A stretch of DNA of 64,000 nucleotides from an uncultured Candidatus Binatia bacterium (GTDB taxonomy: Bacteria; Desulfobacterota; Binatia; UBA9968; JAJDTQ01). Both the position numbers and the translations under genes were made by a program. Where the stretch lies: the NCBI GenBank assembly GCA_964291295.2, contig OZ219754.1, forward strand, positions 1,312,001 through 1,376,000. The letters are read 5' to 3'. Every line of letters starts with the position of its first letter. Position 1 is the first letter of the stretch. The notes under the pieces were generated by a model. That model saw only the letters and a list, made by a program, of their open reading frames with translations. It made no database searches and was not told the DNA's origin. Shown here in pieces: positions 10,943 to 19,800 of this stretch.

Positions 10943-12827
10943 CCTCGCGGTTCTCGCGGGGCTGCTGCTCCTTTGGCCCGGCCCGGCCCGGGCCGAGGTT
11001 TCGATTCGGGCGCAGCCGGGTTTCGGAGGCATCTTTCGCCTGGGCGAGCCGTTGCCTTTGCGCATAGAGCTGGTGAACTCCGGGGTGGCGGTCCGGGGCG
11101 TCCTGGAGGTGGAGGAAGCCCGGGGCGGTGCCACCCGGGGCGTGGAAGCCTACGCGTTCATCCAGCGCCGCGACATCTTCCTCTCCACCCACGCCCGCAA
11201 GGTCGTCCACGTCACCGTGGATCCCGACACGGTGGCGCGGCCGCTGATTCTCCGGTTCACCGGCGCTGGCCGAAGTCACGAAACCACCGTCAGCCTCCGC
11301 GGCCGGTTCACCGGCCGGCCGCTGGTTCTTCTGCTCACCCGGAGCAACGTCGCTCCCGCCATCCCGCTTTCCTACCGGACCCCGGTGCCGGTGGTGTCCG
11401 TCCGGCAGCGCGACCTTCCGGAGGATCCCAGGGCCTACGGCGGCGTCTGGAGCGTCATGGTCTACGAGCAGTCCCTGCGGGGCTTGTCCCGGGCGCAGCG
11501 GGGCGCACTGACGCACTGGCTCTCGGCGGGCGGCCTCATGGTCGTGCTGGGCGGCGCTCACTTCGCCTTGTATCAGGACGCCGCCACCGCCGCGTTGCTG
11601 CCGGTGACGGTGCGCGGCCTGAAGCGGCTGGGCGCACTGCCGGAGTTGTCCGCCCGGTTCGGCGGCAACCTGGCGGACCTCCTGGTGCAGCATGCCGTCC
11701 CGGCCAAGGGGGGGCGCGTGCTGCTGGCGGAGGCGGGGACGCCCCTGCTGGTGGAGAAGAGCCACGGCGCGGGTCGGGTGGTCCATCTGGCGCTGGACGT
11801 GGGAAGGCCGCCGGCGGCCGACTGGACGGGTCTGGCCGCGCTCTTCGGCGAGATTCTGGGAGAGCCGCCGGACCGGGGCATGGAGCCGTGGACCCTGTGG
11901 AACCTGGATGTGTTCGTCGGGCTGCTCCAGGACTTCGGCTTTTCCAGCCTGCGCTCCCCGATGCTCTCCCTGCTGCTGGCGCTGGCACTCTACCTGGGCT
12001 CGCTGCTGCTCTGGTTCCGCTGCTGGAAAGCCGGCGGCCCGCGCCGCTTCAGGCTCGTCCTCGCGCCCGCATGGCTGGTGCTGGCGTTCGCGCTGAGCGG
12101 CTACGCCTACTTCGACCGGGGCGGCCACGTGCCGGACGGTATCCTGATCGCTTCCACGGTGGTGGACGGAACGCTCTGGTCGGAGGTCGCGCCGGTGCAT
12201 TCCAACGTCGGCCTGTTCGCAACCCGGCACAAGGACTTTTCCTTCAGCCTTGACCGCGACCTGACCCAACTTGACCTGTTGCCCGCTCCCGGCGGCGCCG
12301 CGCAACCGTCGCTGGTGCTGCGGGAAGGGCGGCCGCGCAACCGCCTTCACCTTCCCCTGGCGGAATGGCAGGCGGCGCTGTTCCGGACGCGCGCCGTCCG
12401 TCCTTCACCGGTGGTCGTGGATTGGGAGCGCTCGCGCCGGACCTATCGCATCGGCGTCGCCAACCGGGGGCCGGACAGCCTCACCGAATGTTGGCTGCTG
12501 ATGGGCGGGCGCGCTTACCGGATCGGGGATCTTCCGCCGGGCGGCCGCCTGCGGCGCGAGTTTCCGGTACCCCCGGGCGCCGGCGAGGCCGGAGACGGGG
12601 AAGGCCTCCAGCCCCGGGACGTCCGGTTCGACGAAGGGGTGCGCGCGGCCCTGCTGTGGCGTTCGGTGTTTCCCGGGGGTGAACCGGAACCCGGGACGGC
12701 TTTTCTCATTGGCTGGATCCGGGCGGCGGAGCCGGAACCGCGGGTGGACGACCCGCGGGTCCGTACGCACCACTTCAAGCTGCTGCGCGTGGCCATCCCT
12801 TTGGACGCGGAGGAGGAAGAGTTGTGA
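10941..12827 (+). CDS. Exported/membrane protein of the MoxR-VWA operon (start codon unclear; first canonical start TTG at 11052)
   Basis: Open frame from ~10941 encodes signal-like SLAVLAGLLLLWPGPARA/EV; GATase1-like segment WLSAGGLMVVLGG..GAGRV; two TM helices. Confidence 0.7.
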   Translation, partial: SLAVLAGLLLLWPGPARAEVSIRAQPGFGGIFRLGEPLPLRIELVNSGVAVRGVLEVEEARGGATRGVEAYAFIQRRDIFLSTHARKVVHVTVDPDTVARPLILRFTGAGRSHETTVSLRGRFTGRPLVLLLTRSNVAPAIPLSYRTPVPVVSVRQRDLPEDPRAYGGVWSVMVYEQSLRGLSRAQRGALTHWLSAGGLMVVLGGAHFALYQDAATAALLPVTVRGLKRLGALPELSARFGGNLADLLVQHAVPAKGGRVLLAEAGTPLLVEKSHGAGRVVHLALDVGRPPAADWTGLAALFGEILGEPPDRGMEPWTLWNLDVFVGLLQDFGFSSLRSPMLSLLLALALYLGSLLLWFRCWKAGGPRRFRLVLAPAWLVLAFALSGYAYFDRGGHVPDGILIASTVVDGTLWSEVAPVHSNVGLFATRHKDFSFSLDRDLTQLDLLPAPGGAAQPSLVLREGRPRNRLHLPLAEWQAALFRTRAVRPSPVVVDWERSRRTYRIGVANRGPDSLTECWLLMGGRAYRIGDLPPGGRLRREFPVPPGAGEAGDGEGLQPRDVRFDEGVRAALLWRSVFPGGEPEPGTAFLIGWIRAAEPEPRVDDPRVRTHHFKLLRVAIPLDAEEEEL

Positions 12828-13585
12828 GACCGTGGGCGAACCCGGTGTTCCGGGAGGGCGCGGCGGTCTATTGGCAGGAGGGCCAGGCCTGCCTCACCTA
12901 TCTGCTCTACGTGGCCATCCTGGGCGTGCTGCAGATCCTGGCGCTGGTGCTGCCGGCGGGCGAAGCGCGGTTCTGGGTCGGTCCCGCCTTCCTCTTCAGA
13001 TTCTCCTCGGTGGCCGTGCTGCTGCTGATCGTCTATCTGACCCTGCGTTTCGCCGGTCTGGAATTCCTGGCTTGGCGGTTCTCGCCGCTGCGGCACTGGC
13101 TCGATGAGGAGCGCGTCGGCGTCCTGGCGGTGGCGCTCGGGCTGCTTTCCCTGCTGGCGGGCCACGGGCTGATCCTGCTCTCCCTTGCCGCGCCGCTGCT
13201 GGCATGGTCCGGTGCCATCGCCCGCGCCCCGCTGCAGGACATGGTCTCCACCGTTTGCATGCTGTTCCTGTACGCCGTGGGCTACGGTATCTGGGGCCTC
13301 GTGGGCCTTGTCTTCTGGGAGCGCAAGGCGGACAGCCGCCGGGTCTTCATCCGCTGGGTCTTCGTCTGCTTTTTCCTGATTTCGGGCGCCTTCGGAGCGT
13401 GGGCCCAGACATTGAATCCGGTGGCGTTCCTGCTCTATCATCTCGGCACCCTGGAGATGACCGCGCCGTGGGGTCGGGCGTGGTCGCCGTTCCTTGTGCA
13501 CTGGGTCTTCCAAGGCCTGGTATTCTCCGTGGGCCTGGCGTTCCTGTCCCACGGCTTGAAGCGTATCCGGAAGGGCCATTCGTGA
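12824..13585 (+). CDS. Multi-pass membrane protein (ABC-2 permease-like)
   Basis: N-terminal NPVFRE motif, about 6 hydrophobic helices, GTGA overlaps with both neighbours. Confidence 0.75.
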   Translation: MRPWANPVFREGAAVYWQEGQACLTYLLYVAILGVLQILALVLPAGEARFWVGPAFLFRFSSVAVLLLIVYLTLRFAGLEFLAWRFSPLRHWLDEERVGVLAVALGLLSLLAGHGLILLSLAAPLLAWSGAIARAPLQDMVSTVCMLFLYAVGYGIWGLVGLVFWERKADSRRVFIRWVFVCFFLISGAFGAWAQTLNPVAFLLYHLGTLEMTAPWGRAWSPFLVHWVFQGLVFSVGLAFLSHGLKRIRKGHS

Positions 13586-14970
13586 CCGATCCGCAAGCCC
13601 TGCTGAAGGAGAAGCTGGCCGCTCTGCGCCGCTGGGAGAGGCGGAAGCGCCGCGAGCGTCTCTTGCTGGAGAGCCTCTTCTACACTGCGGCGGCGGCCGC
13701 GGGCGTGGTGCTGGCGCGCGCCCTGGCGGCGGTGGACGCGGGCCTCCTGTGGCTTGCGCCGGTGGTTTTCGCGGCGGTCGCGGCGGTGTTGTTCGTGCGG
13801 CGTCCCTGGCGCGAGCAGGCGTTCGTCCGCTCCCTCAAGCAGGTGGACGACGGGCTGGAGCTCAAGGAACGGGTGCTGACGGCGTGGGAGATACTGGCCC
13901 GGCCAAGGGGGCTGCCGGAGCGGCGTATTGGCCCGGAAGAGTCCTTGGTGGTGGCGGAAGCGGCGGAGAGGGTCGCGGCGGTGCCGCTGCGGCCGCTTTG
14001 CCGGCGGTGGTTCACGTGGCACGCGCTGGCCGGCCCGATCCTGGTGATGCTGGCGGCGGCGGGGTTGTGGCTGCCGCCGGGCGCCACTCCCCAGGCGGCA
14101 TCGGCGCCGTCCCGCATGGCGCAGGCGATTCGGGAGCATGCCCGGGAACTGGAGCGCCGGGCGCAACAGCAGGATCTCGCCGAGAGCCGGCGCATGGCCG
14201 GGGCCTTGCGGGAGATGGCCGAGCGGCGGTCGGGCGCGGAGAAATCGCGCCTGCAGGCGTCGGTGGCGGCCATGGTGGATGTGCTGGAGGAGATGACCCG
14301 GTCCCGGCCCGGGGCGGCGGGTCTCGAGTGGCCGGCGCTGTCCGACAAGGCTCTGGAGCGGTTGCGCCAACACCTGCGCCGGTCGGACGCCGGCAGGATG
14401 CCGGGTTCCCTCGAGGGCAAGCGCCGTGCCGAACTGCTGGAATCCCTGGGGCTCTCCTCGCTGGACCGCCAACCCGGCGGTTCCGAGGAGATGAGCGCCG
14501 GTGAGGTGCGGAAGTTTCTGGACCGCCTGGAGCGGGATGCCAGGGAGGAGCAGGACCGGCGCTCGTTGAGAGCCACTTGGCAGTTCCTCACCGAGCTGCT
14601 GCCGGGCGGCGAGGCGGACGAGGCCATGGCGGCCCGGCCCGGGAGCCCCGAAGGGCCGGTGCAGGAACCGCCGGCGGTCGGCCGCCGGCCGGGGAACGAG
14701 CCGGGCAGGGGCGGCCAGGAGCCCTTCGACCCCGCCTTCCAGGCCCGCGCGCGTACGCATCTGCAAGGGCTGCTGGGTCAGGGGCCGAGCCGGGGGTTTG
14801 GCTTCAGGGGCGAGGCCCGGGCGGGCGACAGCGCCGTGTCCGAGGAGGCGCTGGTGGTCCGATACCGGCGGCAGGTGGAGGCCGAGCTTGCCTCCGAGGA
14901 GATCCCCGCCGAGTTCAGGGAGACCATCAGGAACTATTTCCTGTCGCTGGGCGTGGCCCGGGAACGATAG
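13582..14970 (+). CDS. Membrane-anchored coiled-coil protein of the MoxR-VWA operon
   Basis: Three TM segments, LELKERVLTAWE motif, helical middle, Gly/Pro-rich linker, C-terminal EEIPAEFRETIRNYF motif of the kind seen in MoxR-adjacent proteins. Confidence 0.75.
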   Translation: MTDPQALLKEKLAALRRWERRKRRERLLLESLFYTAAAAAGVVLARALAAVDAGLLWLAPVVFAAVAAVLFVRRPWREQAFVRSLKQVDDGLELKERVLTAWEILARPRGLPERRIGPEESLVVAEAAERVAAVPLRPLCRRWFTWHALAGPILVMLAAAGLWLPPGATPQAASAPSRMAQAIREHARELERRAQQQDLAESRRMAGALREMAERRSGAEKSRLQASVAAMVDVLEEMTRSRPGAAGLEWPALSDKALERLRQHLRRSDAGRMPGSLEGKRRAELLESLGLSSLDRQPGGSEEMSAGEVRKFLDRLERDAREEQDRRSLRATWQFLTELLPGGEADEAMAARPGSPEGPVQEPPAVGRRPGNEPGRGGQEPFDPAFQARARTHLQGLLGQGPSRGFGFRGEARAGDSAVSEEALVVRYRRQVEAELASEEIPAEFRETIRNYFLSLGVARER

Positions 14971-14983
14971 AACGGGAGCCGAT

Positions 14984-15994
14984 GTGAACCTGGATGCTTC
15001 GACCGAGGCAGTTCGCCACCGCATGTCGAGCGCGCAGCGCGCTTTCGAGGAGGTCCGGAGCGAGATGCGCAAGGCGGTGGTGGGCCATGAGGATCTCATC
15101 GAGGGTATCTTCCTGGCGCTGGTGTGCGGCGGCCATTGTCTGTTGGAGGGCGTGCCGGGCCTGGGCAAGACGTTGATGGTGCGTTCTCTGGGAGAACTCA
15201 TGGATCTGAGCTTCTCGCGCATCCAGTTCACTCCCGACCTGATGCCGGCGGACATCACCGGCACCAACATCGTCAACGAGGACGCCTCCGGGCGGAAGGT
15301 GTTCGAGTTCGAGGCGGGTCCGGTGTTCGCCAACATCGTGCTGGCGGACGAGATCAACCGCGCCACCCCCAAGACCCAGTCCGCGCTGCTGGAGGCGATG
15401 CAGGACCAGAGCGTCACCGCCGGCGGGACGGTGCATCCCATCGCCAGCCCGTTCATGGTCCTGGCCACCCAGAACCCCATCGAAATGGAGGGTACCTATC
15501 CGCTTCCCGAGGCCCAGGTGGACCGCTTCTTCTTCAAGCTCATCGTCCAGTACCCGTCCTATGAGGAGATGGGGCGAATCGCCGAGTTGACCACGGCGGC
15601 GCCCTCAGGCGGCCTGGCCAAGGTGCTGGCGGCGGAGTCGGTGCTCGAGATGCGTGAGGCGGTGCGGGCGGTGCCCTTGGCCGGCCCGGTGCGGGACTAC
15701 GCCGTGCGTCTGGTGATGGCGACGCATTCGGAGACCGCGCACAGCACCGGGTTGGCGCGCCAGTACGTGCAGTACGGCGCCAGTCCCCGGGGCTTGCAGG
15801 CGTTGATCCTGGCGGCCAAGGCCAGGGCGTTGCTTTCCGGCCGCCCCAACGTGTCGTTCGAGGACATCCGCCGGGACCTCATGCCGAGCCTGCGTCACCG
15901 GCTGCTGCTCAATCTCACCGCCGAGGCCTCGGGCATCGCCCCGGAAACGGTGCTGGAGGAGGTGGCGGCGCGGGTGCCCGAGGTGCCCTCCTGA
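14984..15994 (+). CDS. moxR: MoxR-family AAA+ ATPase
   Basis: LLEGVPGLGKT, RIQFTPDLMPADITG, ADEINRATPKTQSALLEAMQ, ATQNPIEMEGTYPLPEAQ.DRF, GASPR. Confidence 0.95.
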   Translation: MNLDASTEAVRHRMSSAQRAFEEVRSEMRKAVVGHEDLIEGIFLALVCGGHCLLEGVPGLGKTLMVRSLGELMDLSFSRIQFTPDLMPADITGTNIVNEDASGRKVFEFEAGPVFANIVLADEINRATPKTQSALLEAMQDQSVTAGGTVHPIASPFMVLATQNPIEMEGTYPLPEAQVDRFFFKLIVQYPSYEEMGRIAELTTAAPSGGLAKVLAAESVLEMREAVRAVPLAGPVRDYAVRLVMATHSETAHSTGLARQYVQYGASPRGLQALILAAKARALLSGRPNVSFEDIRRDLMPSLRHRLLLNLTAEASGIAPETVLEEVAARVPEVPS

Positions 15995-16881
15995 TGGCCG
16001 AGGCCCCGGCGCACCGCTTCCTGGAGCCCGACTTCCTGGCCCGGCTGGACAAGCTGCGGTTGGCGGCCAAGCGCTTCAGCCGGGGCATGGCCCGGGGCGA
16101 GCACCCCACCGTCCGCAAGGGTTACAGCCTGGAGTTCTCCGACTACCGCAAGTACAGCCGCGGGGATGACCTGCGCTACGTGGACTGGAACGTCTACGGG
16201 CGCCTGGAGCGGCTGCTCCTCAAGGTGTTCACGGCCGAGCAGGAGATCACGGTCTATCTTCTGCTGGACACCAGCCTGTCCATGGCGGCAGGCTCGCCGC
16301 CCAAGCTGGACTTCGCCAGGAACGTCGCCGCGGCCTTGGGCTACATCGGCCTCAAGACCCACGATCGGGTGGGGGCGGCGGCCCTGGCCGAGGACCTGGC
16401 TGCGCGGTTGCCGCCGGCCCGGGCCCGGCGTCAGATCTTCTCCCTGTTCCACTTTCTCGCGGAGTTGTCCTGCGCCGGCCGCACCGATCTGGAGACCTCG
16501 GTGAAGACCTTTTCGCGGCTCTTTCCGCGGCCGGGGCTGGTGGTGCTGTTCAGCGACCTGCTGGACCCGGCGGGGTGCCGCGCCGCCCTGGAAGAGCTGG
16601 CGCGGAAACGGCACGACGTGCTGCTGGTACACGTGCTCGCCGAGGGCGAGACGCGGCTGGCCCCGGGCGGCGACGTGTCGCTGGTGGACGTGGAGAGCGC
16701 CCGCCAACGCCGCGTCTTTCTCGACCGGGATCTCGTGGACCGGTTTCAGCGGGAGGCGGAAGACTTCTTCGCCGGCGCCCGACGATTCTGCGAGAGCCGG
16801 GACATGGATTACCGGCGCACCACCAGCGGCGTCCCCTTCGACGACTTCGTCCTGCGTTATCTGACCCAGGACACGGGGTAG
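15994..16881 (+). CDS. DUF58 family VWA-like protein
   Basis: G.SLEFSDYRKYSRGDDLRYVDWNVYGR, LLDTSLSM, FSDLLD. Confidence 0.93.
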   Translation: MAEAPAHRFLEPDFLARLDKLRLAAKRFSRGMARGEHPTVRKGYSLEFSDYRKYSRGDDLRYVDWNVYGRLERLLLKVFTAEQEITVYLLLDTSLSMAAGSPPKLDFARNVAAALGYIGLKTHDRVGAAALAEDLAARLPPARARRQIFSLFHFLAELSCAGRTDLETSVKTFSRLFPRPGLVVLFSDLLDPAGCRAALEELARKRHDVLLVHVLAEGETRLAPGGDVSLVDVESARQRRVFLDRDLVDRFQREAEDFFAGARRFCESRDMDYRRTTSGVPFDDFVLRYLTQDTG

Positions 16882-16887
16882 CCTCCG

Positions 16888-19800
16888 GTGTTATGGCTCT
16901 TTCCCGCGGCTTTCCTCTTCCTGCTGGGGGCCGTCCCGCTCATCCTGCTGCTCAACAGCCTCCGGCCCCGGGGGCCGCGGGTGCCGGTGACCGCGCTGTT
17001 CCTGTTGGAGAAGGTGCTGCGGGAGAGGCCCGTGGGGCGGCGCCTGGGCTGGCTCTGGCGCCGGAACCCGCCGCTGGTCCTGCAGCTGCTGGCCGCCGCC
17101 GCGGTGGTGGCCGCGCTGGCGTGGCCGGCGCTGCCGGGGGCGGGCGGGAGCGCCAGGGACCTGGTGGTGGTGATGGACCTCAGCGCCAGCATGAAGGCCT
17201 CGGGGGAGTCGGGCTCCCGTTGGAGCGCGGCCCGCGGCGAGCTCCTGAAGCGCATCGACGGACTGGGCGCCGGCGACCGGATGATGATCATCGGCGCCGC
17301 GGCGGCGCCCGAGGTGGTGCAGCCTTTCACCCGGGACCGCGCCAGGCTGCGCCAGGCGGCGGAGGCGCTGGCCCCCGCCGACGTCGCGGCACCGGTGAAG
17401 GAAGCGGTGCTGCTGGCGCACACGTTTCTCGGGCGCCGGGGGCCGCATCGGGTGGTGGTGGTCACCGACGGCGCCTTCGAGGATATCGAGGAACTGCCGC
17501 TGGCGGCATCCTCCCTGGAACTCGTGCAGGTCCGGGGCGGGACGGACAATGTCGGCATCCTGGGGTTCCAGTTCCGCAGGGTGGCGGGCGAGGCGGACGA
17601 GTACGAGGCCATGGTGGTGGTGCAGAACTTCACCGAACGGTCCGTGCATGCGCCCCTGATCGTCACCGTGGCGGACCGGGTGGTGAGCCGGGCTCTCCTG
17701 TCCCTGGAACCGTTCTCCCGCGAAGTGCGGATCTACGGCATCCCCGGTCCCCTGCGCGGGCGCGCCACCGCACTGCTGGCCATCGACGACGACCTGGAGA
17801 CCGACAACCGCGCCTTCCTGGCGTTCCCGGAGCAGCGCCCCACGCGGGTTCTCTACGTGGGCCCCGGCAATCCGTTCCTGGAGCGCCTGCTGCGCTATTT
17901 CCCTCACGTCACGCTGGCGCGCATCGACCGCATCCCGGTGGACCGCGTGACCGAGCAGGTGGCGGCCTACGATGTCGTGATGCTGGACCGGGTGCCGGCT
18001 CCGCCTCTCGCGCGCGGCAACTTCGTGCTGATACGCACCGTGGCCGCGGGCCTGCCCCTGCGCATGACCGGCCGGATACGGCGCCCCGCGCCGGTTTCCG
18101 GCACCGCCGGCCACCCGCTGGCGGCGGGGGTGCGTCTGGACGGACTCTACGTCCGGGACGCGCTGAAGCTGGCCGCGGACGGCGGCGTCTCCCTGGCCGG
18201 ATCGGAGCAGGGGCCGCTGATTCACGCGGTGGATTCCGGCCCTCTCAAGGCCCTGGTGTTCGCCTTCGATCTCGCCGACTCGGACCTGCCGTTCCGGGTT
18301 TCGTTCCCGTTGCTGGTGCGCAACGCCTTCGCCTGGTTCCGGCCCGCGGCCAGGGAGTTTCCCGCCAGCCAGGTGGCCGCGGGGGTGCCCTTCGTGGCGG
18401 ACGTGGGCGTGGGCGAAGAGCGGCTGGTGTTCGTGGCCCCTTCCGGCGAGAGTCGTACGATCCCTGTCCGGGATCGTACCGGGACCTACGGCGAGACCAC
18501 GCGGGTGGGCTTCTACCGGTTCCGGGGAGAGCGCGGCGAGGGCGAGTTCGCAGTGAATCTGTTCAGCGAGGAGGAGTCCCGCATCCGTCCTTCGTACCAG
18601 GCGGACCTGAGGTCCACGGCGTCGCCGGCGGCGGAGAGCGGGCCGGGCACACGCCTTGATCTCTGGCCGGCGCTGCTGGTCCTGGCCCTGGCGTTGCTGT
18701 CGGTCGAGTGCGTCGTGGTCTGCCGCACCCGCCGCTCGCTGCTGCCCCTGTGGCTGCGGGTGCCGGCGGGGGCGGTGCTGGTGGTGGCGCTGCTGGATCC
18801 GCGCATCCTTGCCGAAGACCGCGAGCTGGACGTGGTGATGGCAGTGGACCTCTCCCACAGCGTGGGGGAGGAGGCCCGGGACCAGGCCGCGGAGGTGTTG
18901 GAGCGGGCCCGGGCGCTGGTGGGCTCCAAGGTGCGCCTGGGCCTGTTCTCCTTCGCGCGCCGCCCCCAGTGGGAGTTTCTGCCCACCCGCGAGCTTCCGG
19001 TTAGCGACCTGCCGCCGCCCCCGGAGCGCGACGCCACCGATCTCGGCGCGGCGCTCCAGGGCGCGCTGGGCGAGCTCCGGGAGGGACGCGAGAGCCGCAT
19101 CCTGCTGGTCTCCGACGCCAACGAGAACCGCGGCTCGGTGGAGCGGGTGCTGCCCATGCTGCGCTCCCGCGGCGTGGCGGTCTGGTCGTATCCGGCAAGC
19201 CTTGCCGAGGGCGGAAACGAGGTCTACCTGTCCGAGTTCGCTCTGCCCTCGGTGGTGGACAGCGGCGAGACCTTCGAGATCAAGGCATCGGTCACCAGCG
19301 CGCGGGCAGCGGAGACGGGCGTGAACCTGCTGCGGGACGGCCGCGTCATCCGTTCCATCCGCCGCGAGTTGACGCCCGGAGCCAACTGGCTGAGCTTCAC
19401 CGACAGCGTGGAGCGGCGCGGCGCCCACACCTACGAATTGATGGTGGAGGCGGCCGACGATGTGTTGGCGGAGAACAACCTGTTGCAGGGCATGGTCAGC
19501 GTCCGGGGGCCGTCACGGATCCTCTACCTGCACGACGCTGGTGCTTTGCGGCGTTTCATGGCCGAGGCCTTGGCCGTGCAGGGGTACGAGGTGGTGGAGA
19601 AGACCCCGGCGCGGGCCAACCTCACGCTGCCGGAGCTTTCGGGATTCGACCTGCTGATCCTGGACAACGTGCCGGCCTACCAGCTTTCGCAGTCGAAGAT
19701 GGAGCGTATCGAGCGGTACGTGCGCGACCTTGGCGGCGGCCTCATCGTCCTGGGCGGGACCCGGAGCTACGGTGCCGGGGGCTACTACCGGACGCCGCTG

